Shown piece after piece: positions 1-11,900 of a stretch of 64,000 bases of DNA. Below the pieces are notes generated by a model. The model made no database searches and was not told where the DNA came from. It was given only the letters and a program-made list of their open reading frames with translations. The stretch is from assembly GCA_013239625.1 (NCBI GenBank), contig MU056703.1:919185-983184 (forward strand). Direction: 5' to 3'. Positions within the stretch are counted from its first letter, which is position 1; each line of letters begins with the position of its first letter. Position numbers and translations under genes: made by a program. The DNA comes from Lama guanicoe (Eukaryota).

Positions 1-1984
1 AACCTAGGGTGTTCGTGGCGTTCTAGGAAGTAGGCCAGGTGAAGGGATGGCGTGGTTGTGGACACCCCAAGGGCGGTGGTGGCGGCACGCTTAGCTGGAG
101 TCTCAGGGGACTGGAGGTTGCTTAGCCTGCTAGCATCAGGTGCGAGGCTGGCCCCAGGTTAAATGAACTTTGCTTGTGTCAGATATATCAAAATCCAAGG
201 ATTAGCCAGATCTCTGTTGATTTAAAGCACCTGGGGTCTCTCCCATCCGTATGTTTTCATTTATGGGCCAGTTTACTGCAGAAAAAGCTCAAAGTTCCAA
301 AGCACATGGCCACAACGTTAAAGTGAACCGACTGGCTTGCACTCAGGCGGCGGGGAGGTCGTGCCCTGCATGTGTAAGTCCTTTACGAGCCACGTCAGCG
401 CTGACTGATTCCGTGAATTCTGGCGTAGCAGGTGACACACGTGTGCTGCACCAACTCTGTCCCCGGGGAGAGAGCCAGACCCTTGGGCTCCATCTGTAGG
501 CCCTGCAGGAAGGGCCTGACTTAAATGACAGGGGCCTCATGTGCATCTGTTAGGCTCCCAAACTGCCCAGATTCCAAAGAAATCTTCCCGCTGAGTTGAG
601 GATGGCTCCAGCCCGCTCCGGGTCTCCGTTTTCTTGTACAGGGACCCAGATGAGGGAGGGGCTTTGCAGGGCTGCTGCTGGCATTGGACCAGCGGTCCAC
701 AGGCTCTTTCTTGCCCTAAAGAAATGGAGCAACAATGGCTTCATTATGGCAACCATGTGCTTACTGTCCTCACACTTCAAATGCTAGATCCACATGAGCA
801 TAACTAATGGGGCCATCAAAGAAATCGATGCAAAGTCCTGATTTGAAAACACCCACAGATTGCACACTCCCCGGAAGGTTTTTCCCAGGGGAAAAAGGGC
901 CCAGGAGGCGGGTGGGACACAGCCAAGAAGGCTGCAGCCCGCTCTGGGCCAGGTCGCCCTCTCCTGATGTCTGTCTCTGAGCTCACCCTGGAGAGTCGTG
1001 GGGTTCCCAAGGAGACAGGGAGGCTGGAGTGTCCAGGCTTCTCCCAGACCCTGCGAGCCCCGGGGCAGGGTGTCCCGGGAGGGCTGAGAGGAGGCGTGTT
1101 TGGATGCCGAGATGAGGGGGTAGGGTGCAGCAGAGCAGACAAGGGGAGGGTGGGGGTCAAGATCAAAACAAGCTGACATGCAAGTGAGGAAACAGTGGGC
1201 AATTTTGCCAAAGAGCCAGATTCCCACCCCATGCAAATACATAGAATCAGCCACAGGAGAAAGGAGCAGTAACCATGGCTTCTGTAGGAACTTGAAAAAT
1301 CCGCTCTGAGAAAACCAGGTCTGGAAAGTGCTCTTGAAGGCATCGGGGCCCCCTTTTCCACTGTGGATGGCCTGGCGGAGTCCCCTGAGAGTCTGAGCAA
1401 GAGGCACGAGTGTTAAAATCCAATTTTAACAGGAACCAACAAGGTCAGGATGGACCGAGAGCAATCGGTCACTTGGGGACAGATGGAAAATTTCTTTAAA
1501 AGAAAGATGATTTTATCCCATTGCTGCAGCCTCGTAAGTATGACTCAAGTCTTGATAACGGATCAAGCCAGTAACAGAGTGAAGGAGTCTTAGTAGGTGC
1601 TGCTTGACTACAAACCTCCTGCAACTAATTAAATAAAATGGATTTACCATGGCCTTCTGCGGGAGTCACAGGTAGCAGACGACACTCATTTTACGAGACG
1701 GCCATTGCAGATAACCCTGCTGGCGCGGGCGGCGTGCCTGCTCCCCGCAGAGGGGTGCACGAGTTTCGGGGTGTGACGTGGGGAAGGCTGTTGCAGGCTC
1801 AGGTCTTCTCATTCTGCTCTCTCTTTCTCTTTCTTTGCTTCAAGTGACAAGGTGGGGGGGGACCAACATGCTGTCTTGACCCCTCTCTCTCCGCCCCGTG
1901 GGAAAGCAAACCAGCCCAGCCAGCCTGGGCCTGGACCCTGAGCTGGGCCTTGGCGTCCTCCCCGGGGGTGTGACTGTTGCCCTG

Positions 1985-2380
1985 AGTGTCACCATCAGTC
2001 AAGGCCACTCCAAGACCAGGACGCAGCAAGACAAAAACAAGATCTCCATTTCATTATTTCTGAACACACAGAACAGGAGCATAGTACAAGCCGCAAAAAT
2101 GACCGCATGTTCCACTTTCCGGCAAACAGCGGAGGCTGCTGCTGCTTTCCTAGTTGTAGCTCTAGTCTTGCTGCTTCCTCTCGGCTCCTGGACAAGATTT
2201 ATCACGATCCCCAGTCATCGAACTGCCCCTGCCTCCCGACGGTACCCAGTCCAGACTGGACCCCACCCCCTCCAACATCCCCAAAGCTGCCTGAGCCCAG
2301 TCCAGGAGTCCTTCTGACAGCCTCTCCCTGAGGTGCCCCCACCGCTGCAGCTCCTTTGACCTCCGGGTGTCCTGGCGGTC
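1985..2380 (+). mobile_element. ERV1-class LTR fragment (MER4-group / MER67-like; family uncertain)
   Basis: CCATCAGTCAAGGCCACTCC...AAGACAAAAACAAGA...TCTGAACACACAGAAC...CAAAAATGACC...GACAAGATTTATCACGATCCCCAGTCATCGAACTGCCCC is colinear with a remembered old eutherian ERV1 LTR consensus. Confidence 0.55.
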
Positions 2381-2489
2381 TTTGACTGGAAGGTGAGGAC
2401 CCCCAGGCTCCTCCTCGGACACGCTCGGCCACAGCAGCACCTCGGCGCGGGTCTCTGGGCAGACGGCTGTCAAATCTCCCTTTCTCGTG

Positions 2490-2650
2490 TCACCCTCTCC
2501 CTTGGATTGTATCCAGATTTTCAGATATTCTCAGATGCCACGTTGAGGGACATCCAAACTCAGTGTGCCCCAAACTAAACCCATCACCTTTCCCTCAACG
2601 TCATCTCGCCACCCACGCGGCTCCCTCGTCTCCCAGCTCTAAAGGTGCCA
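2490..2650 (+). mobile_element. L2 LINE fragment
   Basis: CATCCAAACTCAGTGTGCCCCAAACTAAACCCATCACCTTTCCC resembles L2 CACCTCAAACTCAACATGTCCAAAACTGAACTCATCATCTTCCC. Confidence 0.55.
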
Positions 2651-2659
2651 GGTGTCAGA

Positions 2660-3118
2660 AACACTTAAGCCCTCGAGCAAGTGTGAGATTCTGCTTGAGT
2701 GTTGTCCAGAAACTCATTCTGACAGTGGGAAGGTCTTTATTCGGGAAGGGCCCACTGCAGTGGGGGTCTGCCGTCAGGGGGAGACTTCGGGCTCCACTCC
2801 CGGCGGAATGAGGACAAGCTGGGGTTCAGAGACAAGGGGCAGGGTGGGGTCAGCAGGTGGAGCACGGCGTCAAGGCTGGGGGTTCCGGCTGGAACAACTC
2901 AGCAGGGTTCTTGCAGAAGGCAGGTGGCGGCCGGGGATGAGACAGCCTGGGGTGGAGGACGAGGAATCCGGTCAGACGTGGGCGGCGGGAGAGCTGCACT
3001 AAGCTGACCCACCAGGGTTCTTGCTAGAGCGGGGCTGAGCCCCCCACGGCCAGAGCCCGGCCTGGGGCCTGACCGGAGGGCGCCTCGCAGGGGCCCGGAG
3101 CGGGTCTGCTCAGGCTTC
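2660..3118 (-). mobile_element. MER31-like ERV1 solo LTR
   Basis: GGTCTTTATTCGGG...GGGCTCCACTCC...AGGACAAGCTGGGGG...CAGGGTTCTTGCTAGAGC...GGGGCCTGACCGGAGGG follows the reverse complement of the remembered MER31 consensus. Confidence 0.6.
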
Positions 3119-3619
3119 AGTGTTCGTATTTTCCTTCTCTTACGACTTCAAACAAAAATAGCACAACAGCCAGCGTTTGAAGTGCGAGGATATGGCAACA
3201 CACACGTTCTTCACGTGTGAAGATTTGATTTGAGGGGAATATTGCCCAACGTGGCAATTTTCTTTTCAGATGGTTCTGTTTAAAACCTTGAGAAACCCTA
3301 GCTTTGTAAAATTCACCCTCACCACTTAAATGGTCCTCCCACCAGTGTAAACGGGGGAGAGACGCCACTCACTGAACCGTGAGTCACGGAGAGAAAGAAG
3401 ACTCGGTTCTCCGGACGTGCGCCCGTCTGCGGAGACGGCCTCCGTCTGCCAGGTCCGCCGATCAGCTTAGAAGAGGGGCTCTGCTTCATCTTCAGCTAGG
3501 ACCTGGGCGACAGCGGTGCTTGACAGAAGTCTTACCGTCTAAACGGACAGTTTCTGAGGGTGGGTTTCCATCCGAATCCCCGGAGGAGGTTCCTTTACTC
3601 TCATCTCATTTATTTCTCT

Positions 3620-3778
3620 TAAGAAACGTAGATTCTCAGGCCCACCACAAGGGCACCACCCCTGAGACTCTAATTCGGAAGACTTGGGGCATGAGAGGCA
3701 GAAATCTGTAGATGAAAACCACGAGACAAGAAGCCCCCCCAGGTGACACTGATGACCAGCAAGCCGGAGAGGTCACGT
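3620..3778. mobile_element. MER5A/MER5B hAT-Charlie fragment
   Basis: AAACGTAGATTCTCAGGCCC...CCCCTGAGACTCTAATTCGGAAGACTTGGGG...AAATCTG...CCCCAGGTGACACTGATG is the typical MER5 core. Confidence 0.7.
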
Positions 3779-4279
3779 ATTAAACAAAACGACGTACACT
3801 CTGCACATTGTCATCAGGTCAGTGCAATACATTCTGCCTCAATATCCTTTAAAACATGAAGGTAAAATGTTACCTTTTACATAAAAAGTTAAAGACTGGA
3901 TAAATCAGAATATTTAGGATCCTCTCCATAAATGTTTAAAAATAAATGAAATCCAATATACATTTTTCAGTTTTTATCAACGTGTTTCATGCATAATATT
4001 AAACAAAATTTCTTTTGAATATAATTTTCCTTAAAATACCTCTTAGAAGCCCTTCCTAAATCTTGCTTCTGTCCCTAGGCTTCAGGACAGCCCTTAGGAA
4101 TAGATCTTTGAAAAAAAAAAAAAAGGGGGTGAGCTTTCTCTTGCCACGTCTGTCCTGCCCGTCCTGAAGGCGGCTGGTTTGCCGCCTCTTCCAGATCCTG
4201 TGATCACCCCGAGTAGCCAATTCAAAAGATAGAATTTACTTTCACCAGGTGGTAAGGTTCTTGGGGACAAAATTATGTC

Positions 4280-4370
4280 TGTGCTTTCATTAGTGTCCTG
4301 GCTGCATTTACCAGCGTCTGACCCCGAGTGTGTGGTGACTCTTTGTTAAAGGAATGAATGAGCGAATTTA
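4280..4370 (+). mobile_element. L2 3' end (degenerate)
   Basis: Ends in TTTGTTAAAGGAATGAATGAGCGAA, the L2 (TGAA)n tail. Confidence 0.4.
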
Positions 4371-5027
4371 GAGCCAAGTAAGTGGACTGGATCTTCATGT
4401 TAGCAGCACAGATCATGACTGTCTCTTCTCACCAGAATGAAGTCATTTGTCCTCTCAGAAGTCAGAAAATGTACCTACCCCCTCATAAAAGGGGAGCCTG
4501 ACACCACCTGTAATTTGCAAGGTTTATGACAGGCTGTCTGTACAAACGTGAGATCGCGTGGCCTCAGGAAGTACTGGCCCCCTGGTCACAGATTTACGTC
4601 TGGCTGCCTTGGAAAAGGCAGTGTAATGTAAAGAAACAGGCACTTCTGGAAACCCAGTGACTCATGTTGGCCACTGATTTGATCATGTGAAGTCTTATTC
4701 CGCCTTTCAGCTTTACAGGCCAGCGTCTTCACGCACAAAATTCTGTAGGAACTAGGTCAGCATACTCAGCAAGTCATTTCTACTTTCTTAGTAGAAATTC
4801 TAAACCATATGGCAGAAAGGGTAAGTCCAGTTTTGTTTGGCTTTTTAAATACAGCAAACAAGGAGATGCCTGTGGTCCTGTGTTGGTTTTTCTGGACGAT
4901 GCCTCTTTCTGTAGTGCCTTTCTGCATCCCACCCCTGTCTCTCTTTCTTCTGTCTCGGTATCTTGCACGTGCTTCTGTGAGTTGCACTTGTCCCATGATT
5001 CTGGGCTCCAGCCCTACAATTACCCTC

Positions 5028-5136
5028 TTTCTAGACTGGGGGGGGTGACACCCTTGTCTCGCTACCCACACCAGCCACAGCATCTGCTGTAACACAGGCG
5101 CTCAGTACAGCTTCACTGACGAGGTGGGTGGATGAA
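5028..5136 (+). mobile_element. L2 3' end (degenerate)
   Basis: CTAGACTG...CACAGGCGCTCAGTACAGC...GGTGGATGAA resembles the L2 terminal CTAGACTG...TAGGCGCTCAATAAAT...GAATGAA. Confidence 0.4.
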
Positions 5137-5239
5137 GACACACGGGAATGAGCAGGGGGCTGTCACAGGGAAAACAGAACAAGAGAAGCTCCCCGTGACC
5201 TCAGCCTTTTGAAACATGGAGACGTTTTATTCTAGTTTA

Positions 5240-5826
5240 TATTTTTTAATTGTAGCAAAATACTCATCACAAAATTTACCACCTTACCCATTTTTAAGCG
5301 TGCACTCAGTGGCATTAGGTCCATTCACGTGGTTGTGCGACCATCACCGCTGTCCCTCTCCAGAACTCCTTGATCTTCCCCAGCTGCAACTCTCTCCCCA
5401 CTAAACTCTGACCCCCATCCTCCCAGCCCCAGGCCCCCGGCAGCCACAGGACCCTGGCTTTGCTGCCACCTTTGACAATTGTAAATAGTGCTGCTTTGAA
5501 GATGGGTGTTCAAGTATCTGTTCAAAACCCTGCCTTCAGTTCTTTTGGTTAAACACCCAAAAGTGGAATTGCTGAATCATGTGATAATTGTATGTTTAAT
5601 TTTTTGAGGAACCTGCATGCTGTTTTCCATAGTGACTGCACGAGTTTAGATTCCCAACAGCAGTGCCCAGGGTTCTAATTTCTTCACATCCTCACCAATG
5701 CTTTTGTGTTCTGGGTTTTTGGGTAGCATCCTGTGAGTGTGGGGTGTCCCCTGAGGTTTGGATGTGTATTTTCCTGATGATCAGGGATGTCAAGCATCTT
5801 CGCTTGTGCCCATTGGGCATTTGTAG
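5240..5826 (-). mobile_element. L1MB-type LINE-1 3' end with an internal deletion near 5446
   Basis: TTTTTTAATTGTAGCAAAATAC...AAAATTTACC...CAGTGGCATTAG...CTCCAGAAC, then AAGTGGAATTGCTGAATCAT...TTTAATTTTTTGAGGAAC...CATCCTCACCAA: the classic antisense L1MA/MB 3'UTR and ORF2 end. Confidence 0.9.
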
Positions 5827-5944
5827 TGCTTAATTTTTTGATGAGGTGTTTATGGTAGTCAGCCCCATGGACGGGTGTTTGAACTTCTTGATCAAACAAC
5901 TCAGTTGCTGTATTACTGCCCTGAATGGTTGGTTACGTGTGACG

Positions 5945-6120
5945 ACCTGTCAGCCTGGAGCTTGGCATCTGTCCTCATTTGATTCTCACCCCATCTGGAA
6001 GTGGCACATGCTGGTGTCCCCATTATGTAGTTGAGGGTGACACAGCTAAGTGACTTCTCCAAGGCAGCACGACTAGTTCTCCTAGCCCAGTGGAACTCGG
6101 GCTCTGGGCATCGAACATCA
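5945..6120 (-). mobile_element. MIR SINE
   Basis: CTCATTTGATTCTCAC...CCCCATTATGTAGTTGAGG...CTAAGTGACTTCTCCAAGG: antisense MIR core. Confidence 0.7.
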
Positions 6121-6275
6121 AGATGGTTTACTTGAGTGAACGGATGTGTTTGCTGTGTTGACAGACCTCGCGGGCACTGACCGCTGTCCACCGGGAGAAG
6201 GCAGCGCCCCAGCCCCACGACTCTCTGTCCCCGAGAAGCCATCCCAAGTAGGAGAGACCCCTGACGAAGACACGT

Positions 6276-6350
6276 GTGTCTCAGGAAGCCCTCCCGCCCC
6301 GCGCGTGTCTCGGGAAGCCCCTCTGCCCAGCGCGTGTCACAGGAAGCCCT
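6276..6350 (+). repeat. 29-bp tandem repeat, ~2.6 copies
   Basis: Units start at 6276, 6305 and 6334: GTGTCTCAGGAAGCCC / GTGTCTCGGGAAGCCC / GTGTCACAGGAAGCCC. Confidence 0.85.
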
Positions 6351-8229
6351 TTTGTCCCATGGCCCATCCTAACCCTAACTGGTACCCGGGCACGTCACTT
6401 TCTGTGTAAAGAAGTCCTTGATGTTTTAATACAGATGATCCTTCAGCCTGATTAATGCTAGTAACTGAAAAGCTGTTGTGCATAAAGGAAAAAATAAATA
6501 GAAGGCCCTAGCTAAGCGCTTTTTAAATTAGCCTTCGGGCAAGTTCATTAACCAGGCTGGAACTGTTTTGCGTAATTTATGCATTATACACCTGCACGCG
6601 CAGTGCCCGATAAAATAGATGGTGGGCTCCATGAAAACTGGCGGCGCCGCCTCCCCTGCCGGGCTCGGGGCTCCGTCAGCGTCTGGTGGATCTAGCCTGG
6701 TAGCCATGCGCCTGGGCCACCTTCCATTAGGAAACACATGTGGGTCAGGAAAAAGGCTGAAGTGCCCTTTTAAGCAGAAAATGACTGAATCAGGATCATT
6801 AGCAGCTCGGAGTAACCCCGTTTTCAGCCTTCCCCTCGGCCCGCTCGCCACCTGAGAACTGCGTCTCTGGTTTCAAACCAGTTTCCTCAACGCCTTCCTT
6901 CTCCCTGGTCTAGGAACCTCACTGTCGTTCCTCTAGGCCAGAGAGAGTTCACATTTGTTTTATTGGAGGACAGTTGATTTACGATAGAGTGTGAGTTTCA
7001 AGTGCACCCCAGAGTGGTTCGGTTATGCGTACATGCAAACGAAGGACATGTCTGAAAAGGAACCTTCAAGCAGTTTCCGGAGGGTTCTGTCACACGAGGT
7101 TTCTCCCAGCAGCTCTTAGTGCTGAGATCGCTGGATCTGTGAAGGGGGTCTCTCCCTGATTTTTTCTTTAATTGCACTGGATTAGTTCTGTTTAGCCCGT
7201 TGCTTTGGGGGTGTCTTACTGACAGTACGCAAACTTCCGAGACAGGGCTGGGTGCACCCCCTTCCTCCAGGACGCAGCCTCGACTACTCCGCGTTGAGCC
7301 GGTCAGCCTCACCCCTGGAGGAGGTGCCGCCCTGGGACGTCCACACGGAAGACCCCCACCTGTCCTGAGGGCATCCGCCCTTCCCCTGGGCGCATCCTCT
7401 CGGAACGCAGGACAGGAGCTCGCGGGGCAGGGCCGGGTCCCCCCACTGCAGCTCCTGACGGTCCCCCAGAGAACGGCGGGGAGCGAGGAGTCGATGGGGA
7501 AGATGGCACCCCGGGACCCTGAGGCGCTGAAGGCAGCCTGGCAACCCGGAGCTCAAGAGGGGAGGGGGCTGTCAAAAGGTGTCAGGCGGACTGCAAGGTA
7601 AAATGAGCTCAGTGTGCAGGAGCGTCTAGTGAGATGCCGGCGTTTCCCAAATCACCCAGATGAGCGCGTGGGGAACACGGAGATGCTCAGGCACCGCCCG
7701 TGTGAGCCGGCGGAGTCACAGCCTCCCCAGCGGGGCCTGGTCCCACGGGGGCCGCGAGCGGGCAGACGGACGCCAGAGCTCTGCATGCGAAGCCAGGAAA
7801 CAAAGAATGTTTTTATATCGATTACAGGTTAAGGTGATAAGACTTGGGGTTAAATACATTGTTAGAGGTCATTTTGCCCACGCCTCCTTTTTGCCTTTTC
7901 TCTATGTGACTGCAAGGAAATCCTGCCTGGCGCTGGTGACTCACCTTCCGTCTCCCCAGGATGGCATCCTGGCCCTGCTGCGCTGCCTCGCGTGTCACTG
8001 ACGGAAGCCCGAGCGCTCGCGTTTCCCAAGTCTCCTCGACCTCTAAACTCCATTTGGTAGAACGTTTATGAGTCTTCCTTGAAACACCAGTTCTCCACAG
8101 TGAGCACTTTCAGAAACCATTCAGCACCAGTGTCCTCTCTGGCCTGGCCTCCCTTAGACTCACCACCTGTCACACTGCGTCTCCCGACAAATCCACGACG
8201 GTTCTGGACGCACTGACAGGCTTGTTAGC

Positions 8230-8975
8230 CGAGAGGGTTAAGCTGCAACCCGTGAGGCCGGCTCGGCTGGCCACGTGCTTTGTAAACACCTGGTTAACTA
8301 GTCTTATGCTCTGTTAAACAGTTCACATTCTTTAAATATTAAGTCATGAATACCCACATTTAAATAATCAGAAAAAACATATCCAATTCACTAAAACCAT
8401 AAATCTATTCTATAAAATTATCATTCTATCATCTTAAAACACAGAAAAAAATGTGCAAAAGCTCAAGTGAACTCCAGGACTCGTTATTGAAACCATAGTT
8501 CCAATGGTGTCACAAGTACTAACCTACGTTAGGCTCTGGTCGGGGTTGCATTTGTACAGACGTTGGGCGGAGCTGGGGGTACGTCCGGGAAGAGGGTGAG
8601 CACAAACACGAGACAGCCGAAGCCACGCTGGGACGCCCGGCCCACGGGTCAGGGAGCAGGGCTGGGAGACCGGGCGCAGTCACGGCTCGCCCGACAGCGC
8701 ACCCCACAGCCGACACTGCGCAGACCGCAGCAGAAAGATACAGAGAACAGTGACGCGGTAGTTCCCTTGGGAGATTAGCACAGATAGTTTGCACTGTAAA
8801 ATGTGTAAGAAGAATTCTGTTTGCGATTTGCAGCAGAAAATGCTCAGAACATGTATAGGAACAGCAGCTGACAAACTGTATCAGCGAGTTATGTGTGAGT
8901 GACTGGCATATGTGGGCTACAGTTCTTTTCAAATGAACGTGGCTTTCAGCCTAAAAGTTAAAAACCCATTGGCAC
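8230..8975. mobile_element. possible hAT-Charlie-type DNA transposon relic
   Basis: Left end GAGGGTTAAGCTGCAACCCGTGAGGCC...GTGCTTTGTAAAC and right end GTGGCTTTCAGCCTAAAAGTTAAAAACCCATTG resemble Charlie/MER58-type termini; the interior is not recognised. Confidence 0.3.
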
Positions 8976-11900
8976 AAAAGGCTGGGTTTTCCTGAGCCTG
9001 AAGTATTCGGAAAGCACTTGAAGGAATCTCCCTGAGCTTCTGCTACCCTCAGTGATCCCCCTGAGCTGCTCTTGAGTCAGCTATGTTGAGAATGACGCAT
9101 CCTGTATACACACTTGTCTCCTTTCAAGGCACCAGCCCTTTTCATGACGCCGGCGCAGCCGTCACAAGGGAACCATGATCTGTCTCTTGAGCTCACTCTG
9201 GGGCATTGTCAGGTCCCGGCAGAGGCCGGTATGCCCGTGGACTGGCCAGGGTTGCGTTTGCTCCGGGTCAGCTTCTATCCAACCCCATCACCTCTGCAAA
9301 GGTCCTCGCTGGCCACGGAGACGGAGGAACTGGGCTCAGAGGCCAGGCAGCCGGTGCAGATCCGGCACCTTCTCTTACTTGCCATGAGATCCTCCCCGAG
9401 TTGCCCACCTGTTTGTACCTCCCTTTTGTCCCTGAAAAGCCTGATGACAGCAGCCCCTTGTGAGAGTCCACAGCCTGGATGAGCTGGTGACACAGGACAC
9501 TTACGAGGCATCTGGCACAAGGCCCAGACCGGATAAACCTCAGGAATTGTGCCGACTTCCCGGGATAATAGAATGGCGGGAGGGCCTCGAGTAGGGGCGC
9601 CGGGTAAACACAGCACCCAGCTGCTCTCAGATCTCACGTGGACAAGAAGGACGTCTTAGCGTGAGCAGGTCCGTGCGTTGTTCAATTTCATTTGTTAACC
9701 CCGCCACCCTCATCCAGAGCTTCTCAAACTCACCTCCCAGGGGCCAGGCTGGTGGTACCCAACAGCCACACACTCGTCCCCAGTAAGCACTACTGTGCCT
9801 GCCAGCGCAGCCTGTGACACGACAGGGCTCAGCGCAAAGTGAAGATGGGGCGTCCTTCATTGGAAAGGCGTTGGGGGTCTCCCGACAGCGAGGGTGGAGC
9901 CTTGCACCAGGCCTGGCCGGGGGGCCGCCCAGGTCGCTGAGGGCGAGAAGCCCTGGCCCGTTTTCCCCGAGGGCCCCTGTGTCCGGTGCAGGGCGATTAC
10001 TCCACCTCAGCTCCGTGTCTTCACTGACGGGACTCCCTGCGATGCATCTGCCTCGCTGGGCCGTGGGACGGGTGAGGACAGTGACGCCAGCTCTCGGCGA
10101 CTGGGCTCAGACGAGCCCGTTTCTGTGCTGTGCTTTCGGGGGCACTGTGCTCCGTCTCCACTCGACGCCCCCGCCCTGTGTGCCTCACGTTGGAGGCAGA
10201 AGTCACCTGGGCGCCGGGTCCACTGTCAGCAGCCCACGGCCCTTCCCGACAGAGCGGGACTGGCGTCCAGTTCTCTCTGGGCCCAGCCCTGCTCCCACCG
10301 CCTGCCGTGCGACCGAGAAAACTGCTTAACACGTCTCCTGCGAGCCTCGATTCCTTGCCCTGCCACCTTTTTTTAAATACAGGGATTGACCCTGGAAACA
10401 TTTTTGTAAATGAGCAAGTAAAGACTGGCACCGTGGCCCTTGGAAATCGAGGGTGCTGCTGCAGGCAGCAGTGTCTGCAGGGGGAGGAGATGGAGGCAAG
10501 AGCCCAGCGGTCTCCCGAGCCCGGTTTCCTAGAGTTTGGTCCACGTAGCTCGGGGTCGTTTGTGCAGTTCCAGAAGCCGCCGCCTTCACGCTGAGCAGCC
10601 CTCTCTGTTCCTCCTTCCACTGCCCTTGATAGAAAACGAGGAGCTTTGTCACGTCTGCAGTGCCTTTCATTTTCTAGGCTGGATTGATTCCAGATAAGCG
10701 TTCCTTCTAATTGTTCAGTCGTATTTGCTGCCTTTGCTTATCAGAAAGTCATGGTGCATTTAAAATTCTTTTTTTTTTTTTCCTGGAGCAAATCATTGGT
10801 CCTTCTCTCCACCCACTCCTGCGTTCTAGCCATTTGTGAACTTGAATTCCTGGGCTGGGGGCGGACCCGACTGCTCAGGGCAGTTACACTGGAGGTGAAC
10901 CTGGAGCCTGGCTGGGCTTCCCAAAGCGCTCGTCTGCGAAGAGGTGTTACAGCCTTGTCAACAGCTTGCAGCAAAGAGCTCCCTGTTCATACGGCCACAT
11001 AAAGTAAGATAGGACTAATCTGGCTTTTTAAGTGGCCTTTTAGAGAAGAAAAAAATCATTAACCCTAATCAGGTTTCTTTAAGGTGCCTCTTCAACCTGC
11101 TGGTTTACTTGTAACGTGTCGTTTGTACCGGAATAGCGTTTCCACGACACACTTCTGTGTGCAGATTTGCGATTTCAGTGACTGGGCCCAGGTCTGGCGA
11201 GGGCCTACGTCTGTCCTTCATCCAGAGAGCAAGTCATTGTCCACCTCCTTCCTGACGTCACTAACCCGCCTTGTGATGCCTCGTCCTTAACCACGTCTCT
11301 GCCCGCCGCAGCCCGCCCGGAGACTGCGGGCCAAGCGCGGTGCGCCGACTCCGTGATAGGATCGCGGGTTTGATACAGACGCTCTCACTGAGACTGACAG
11401 GGGCAGAGTGTGCTTGTCCCCCGTGGACCCAAGTGAGGGTTTCTGTCTTTTATTTTTATCTCTAAGACTGTCAGCTAATAATGGCGTTGTTCCAGTTTAG
11501 GGACGACCTGGAACTCTGAGTCACTGCAGAGAAGGCAGGAACATGCAGGTGCCGTGGCTGCATTTCATTCACTTTCCAGATTTCTGCGGCAGCGTCTCTG
11601 CGTTTGTGCAGCGGCCTGATAACGAGAGCTCTGCGAGGCTCGGAGTCGGGGGAGAAACGACGCCGCCGGGGCGCCTCACCTGCTGTGCTCCCAGTGACCG
11701 GGGTTGCCCTCCAGGCCAGGGGTGAGCAGAGGCTGAAAGGGGGGACAGGCCAGGCCAGGAGGGTGGTGCCGCGGGGCGCCGCGTCTGTCCAGAAGGGGAC
11801 AGCGCTGTTGATTCCTGCCGCCGGTGTACAGGCCCCACGTGGGAGGAGGGGCCGGGAGGTGGGCGCGGGCCCGCGACAGACCTGGCCTGGCTCCCCGACT

